Below, in pieces: positions 63,475 to 64,000 of a stretch of 64,000 nt of DNA. Position numbers and translations under genes: made by a program. The stretch lies in contig CM059446.1 of assembly GCA_030390025.1 (NCBI GenBank), positions 60,760,001-60,824,000 on the forward strand. Direction: 5' to 3'. This DNA comes from Squalus acanthias (taxonomy: Eukaryota). Every line of letters begins with the position of its first letter. Position 1 is the first letter of the stretch. The notes beneath the pieces are model-generated. The model was not told the DNA's origin. It did not search any database and was given only the letters and a program-made list of their open reading frames with translations.

Positions 63475-64000
63475 CCAACAGACCTTTCAGCCAATGTCCA
63501 AAACTCCTCCATCACCATCCCTGGGTATGTCCTGTCCCACCGGCAGGACAGACCCACCAGGGGTGGCGGCACAGTGGTATACAGTCGGGAAAGAGTGGCC
63601 CTGGGAGTCCTCAACATTGACTCCGGACCCCATGTCATCTCATGGCTTCAGGTCAAGCTTGGGCAAGGAAACCTCCTGCTGATTATCACCTACCGCCCTC
63701 CCTCAGCTGATGAATCAGTACTCCTCCATGTTGAACACCACTTGGAAGAAGCACTGAGAGTAGCAAGGGCACAGAATGTACTCTGGGTGGGGGACTTCAA
63801 TGTCCATCACCAAGAGTGGCTCGGTAGCACCACTACTGACCAAGCTGGCCGAGTCCTGAAGGACATAACTGCCAGTCTGGGCCTGCGACAGGTGGTGAGA
63901 GAACCAACACGAGGGAAAAACCTACTTGACCTCGTCCTCACCGATCTACCTGTAGCAGATGCATCTGTCCATGACAGTATTGGTAGCAGTGACCACCGCA
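63475..64000 (+). mobile_element. LINE ORF2 AP-endonuclease domain fragment, running off the window end
   Basis: Hand translation across frameshifts: ITIPGYVLSHRQDRPTRGGGTVVY ... YRPPS ... WVGDFNVHHQEWLGS ... EPTRGKNLLDLVLT ... IGSSDH. Confidence 0.85.

Overview
Vertebrate genomic DNA, most likely from a cartilaginous fish (an HE1-type V-SINE, Deu-domain SINEs and dense CR1/L2 debris are present). The whole window lies inside one large plus-strand gene, DENND4A (a DENN-domain Rab GEF). I traced 24 GT-AG coding exons from 2374 to 63132; they join in frame with consistent phases (4632 nt, about 1544 codons) and cover the end of the MABP region, the uDENN/cDENN/dDENN module, PPR-like repeats and the long C-terminal region. 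The start and stop codons lie outside the window. The introns are filled with retroelements: CR1 and L2 LINEs, a second CR1/L2-group LINE with a partner SINE, four SINE families, and a young Neptune-type Penelope-like element (RT + GIY-YIG) with a 9-bp TSD. The most notable signals are (1) two different minimal hammerhead-ribozyme motifs in Penelope-type tails, one of them as a 122-bp insertion with its own 9-bp TSD; (2) a C2H2 zinc-finger fragment fused to a CR1 3' tail, possibly a chimeric retrocopy; (3) a frame-preserving 117-nt candidate cassette exon; (4) a homogeneous 30-bp CpG-rich minisatellite that appears to have arisen inside a SINE; and (5) a perfect DR4 nuclear-receptor element in the 18-kb intron. 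There are no prokaryotic features and no CRISPR array. Repeat family names and orthologue comparisons are from memory and need database confirmation.
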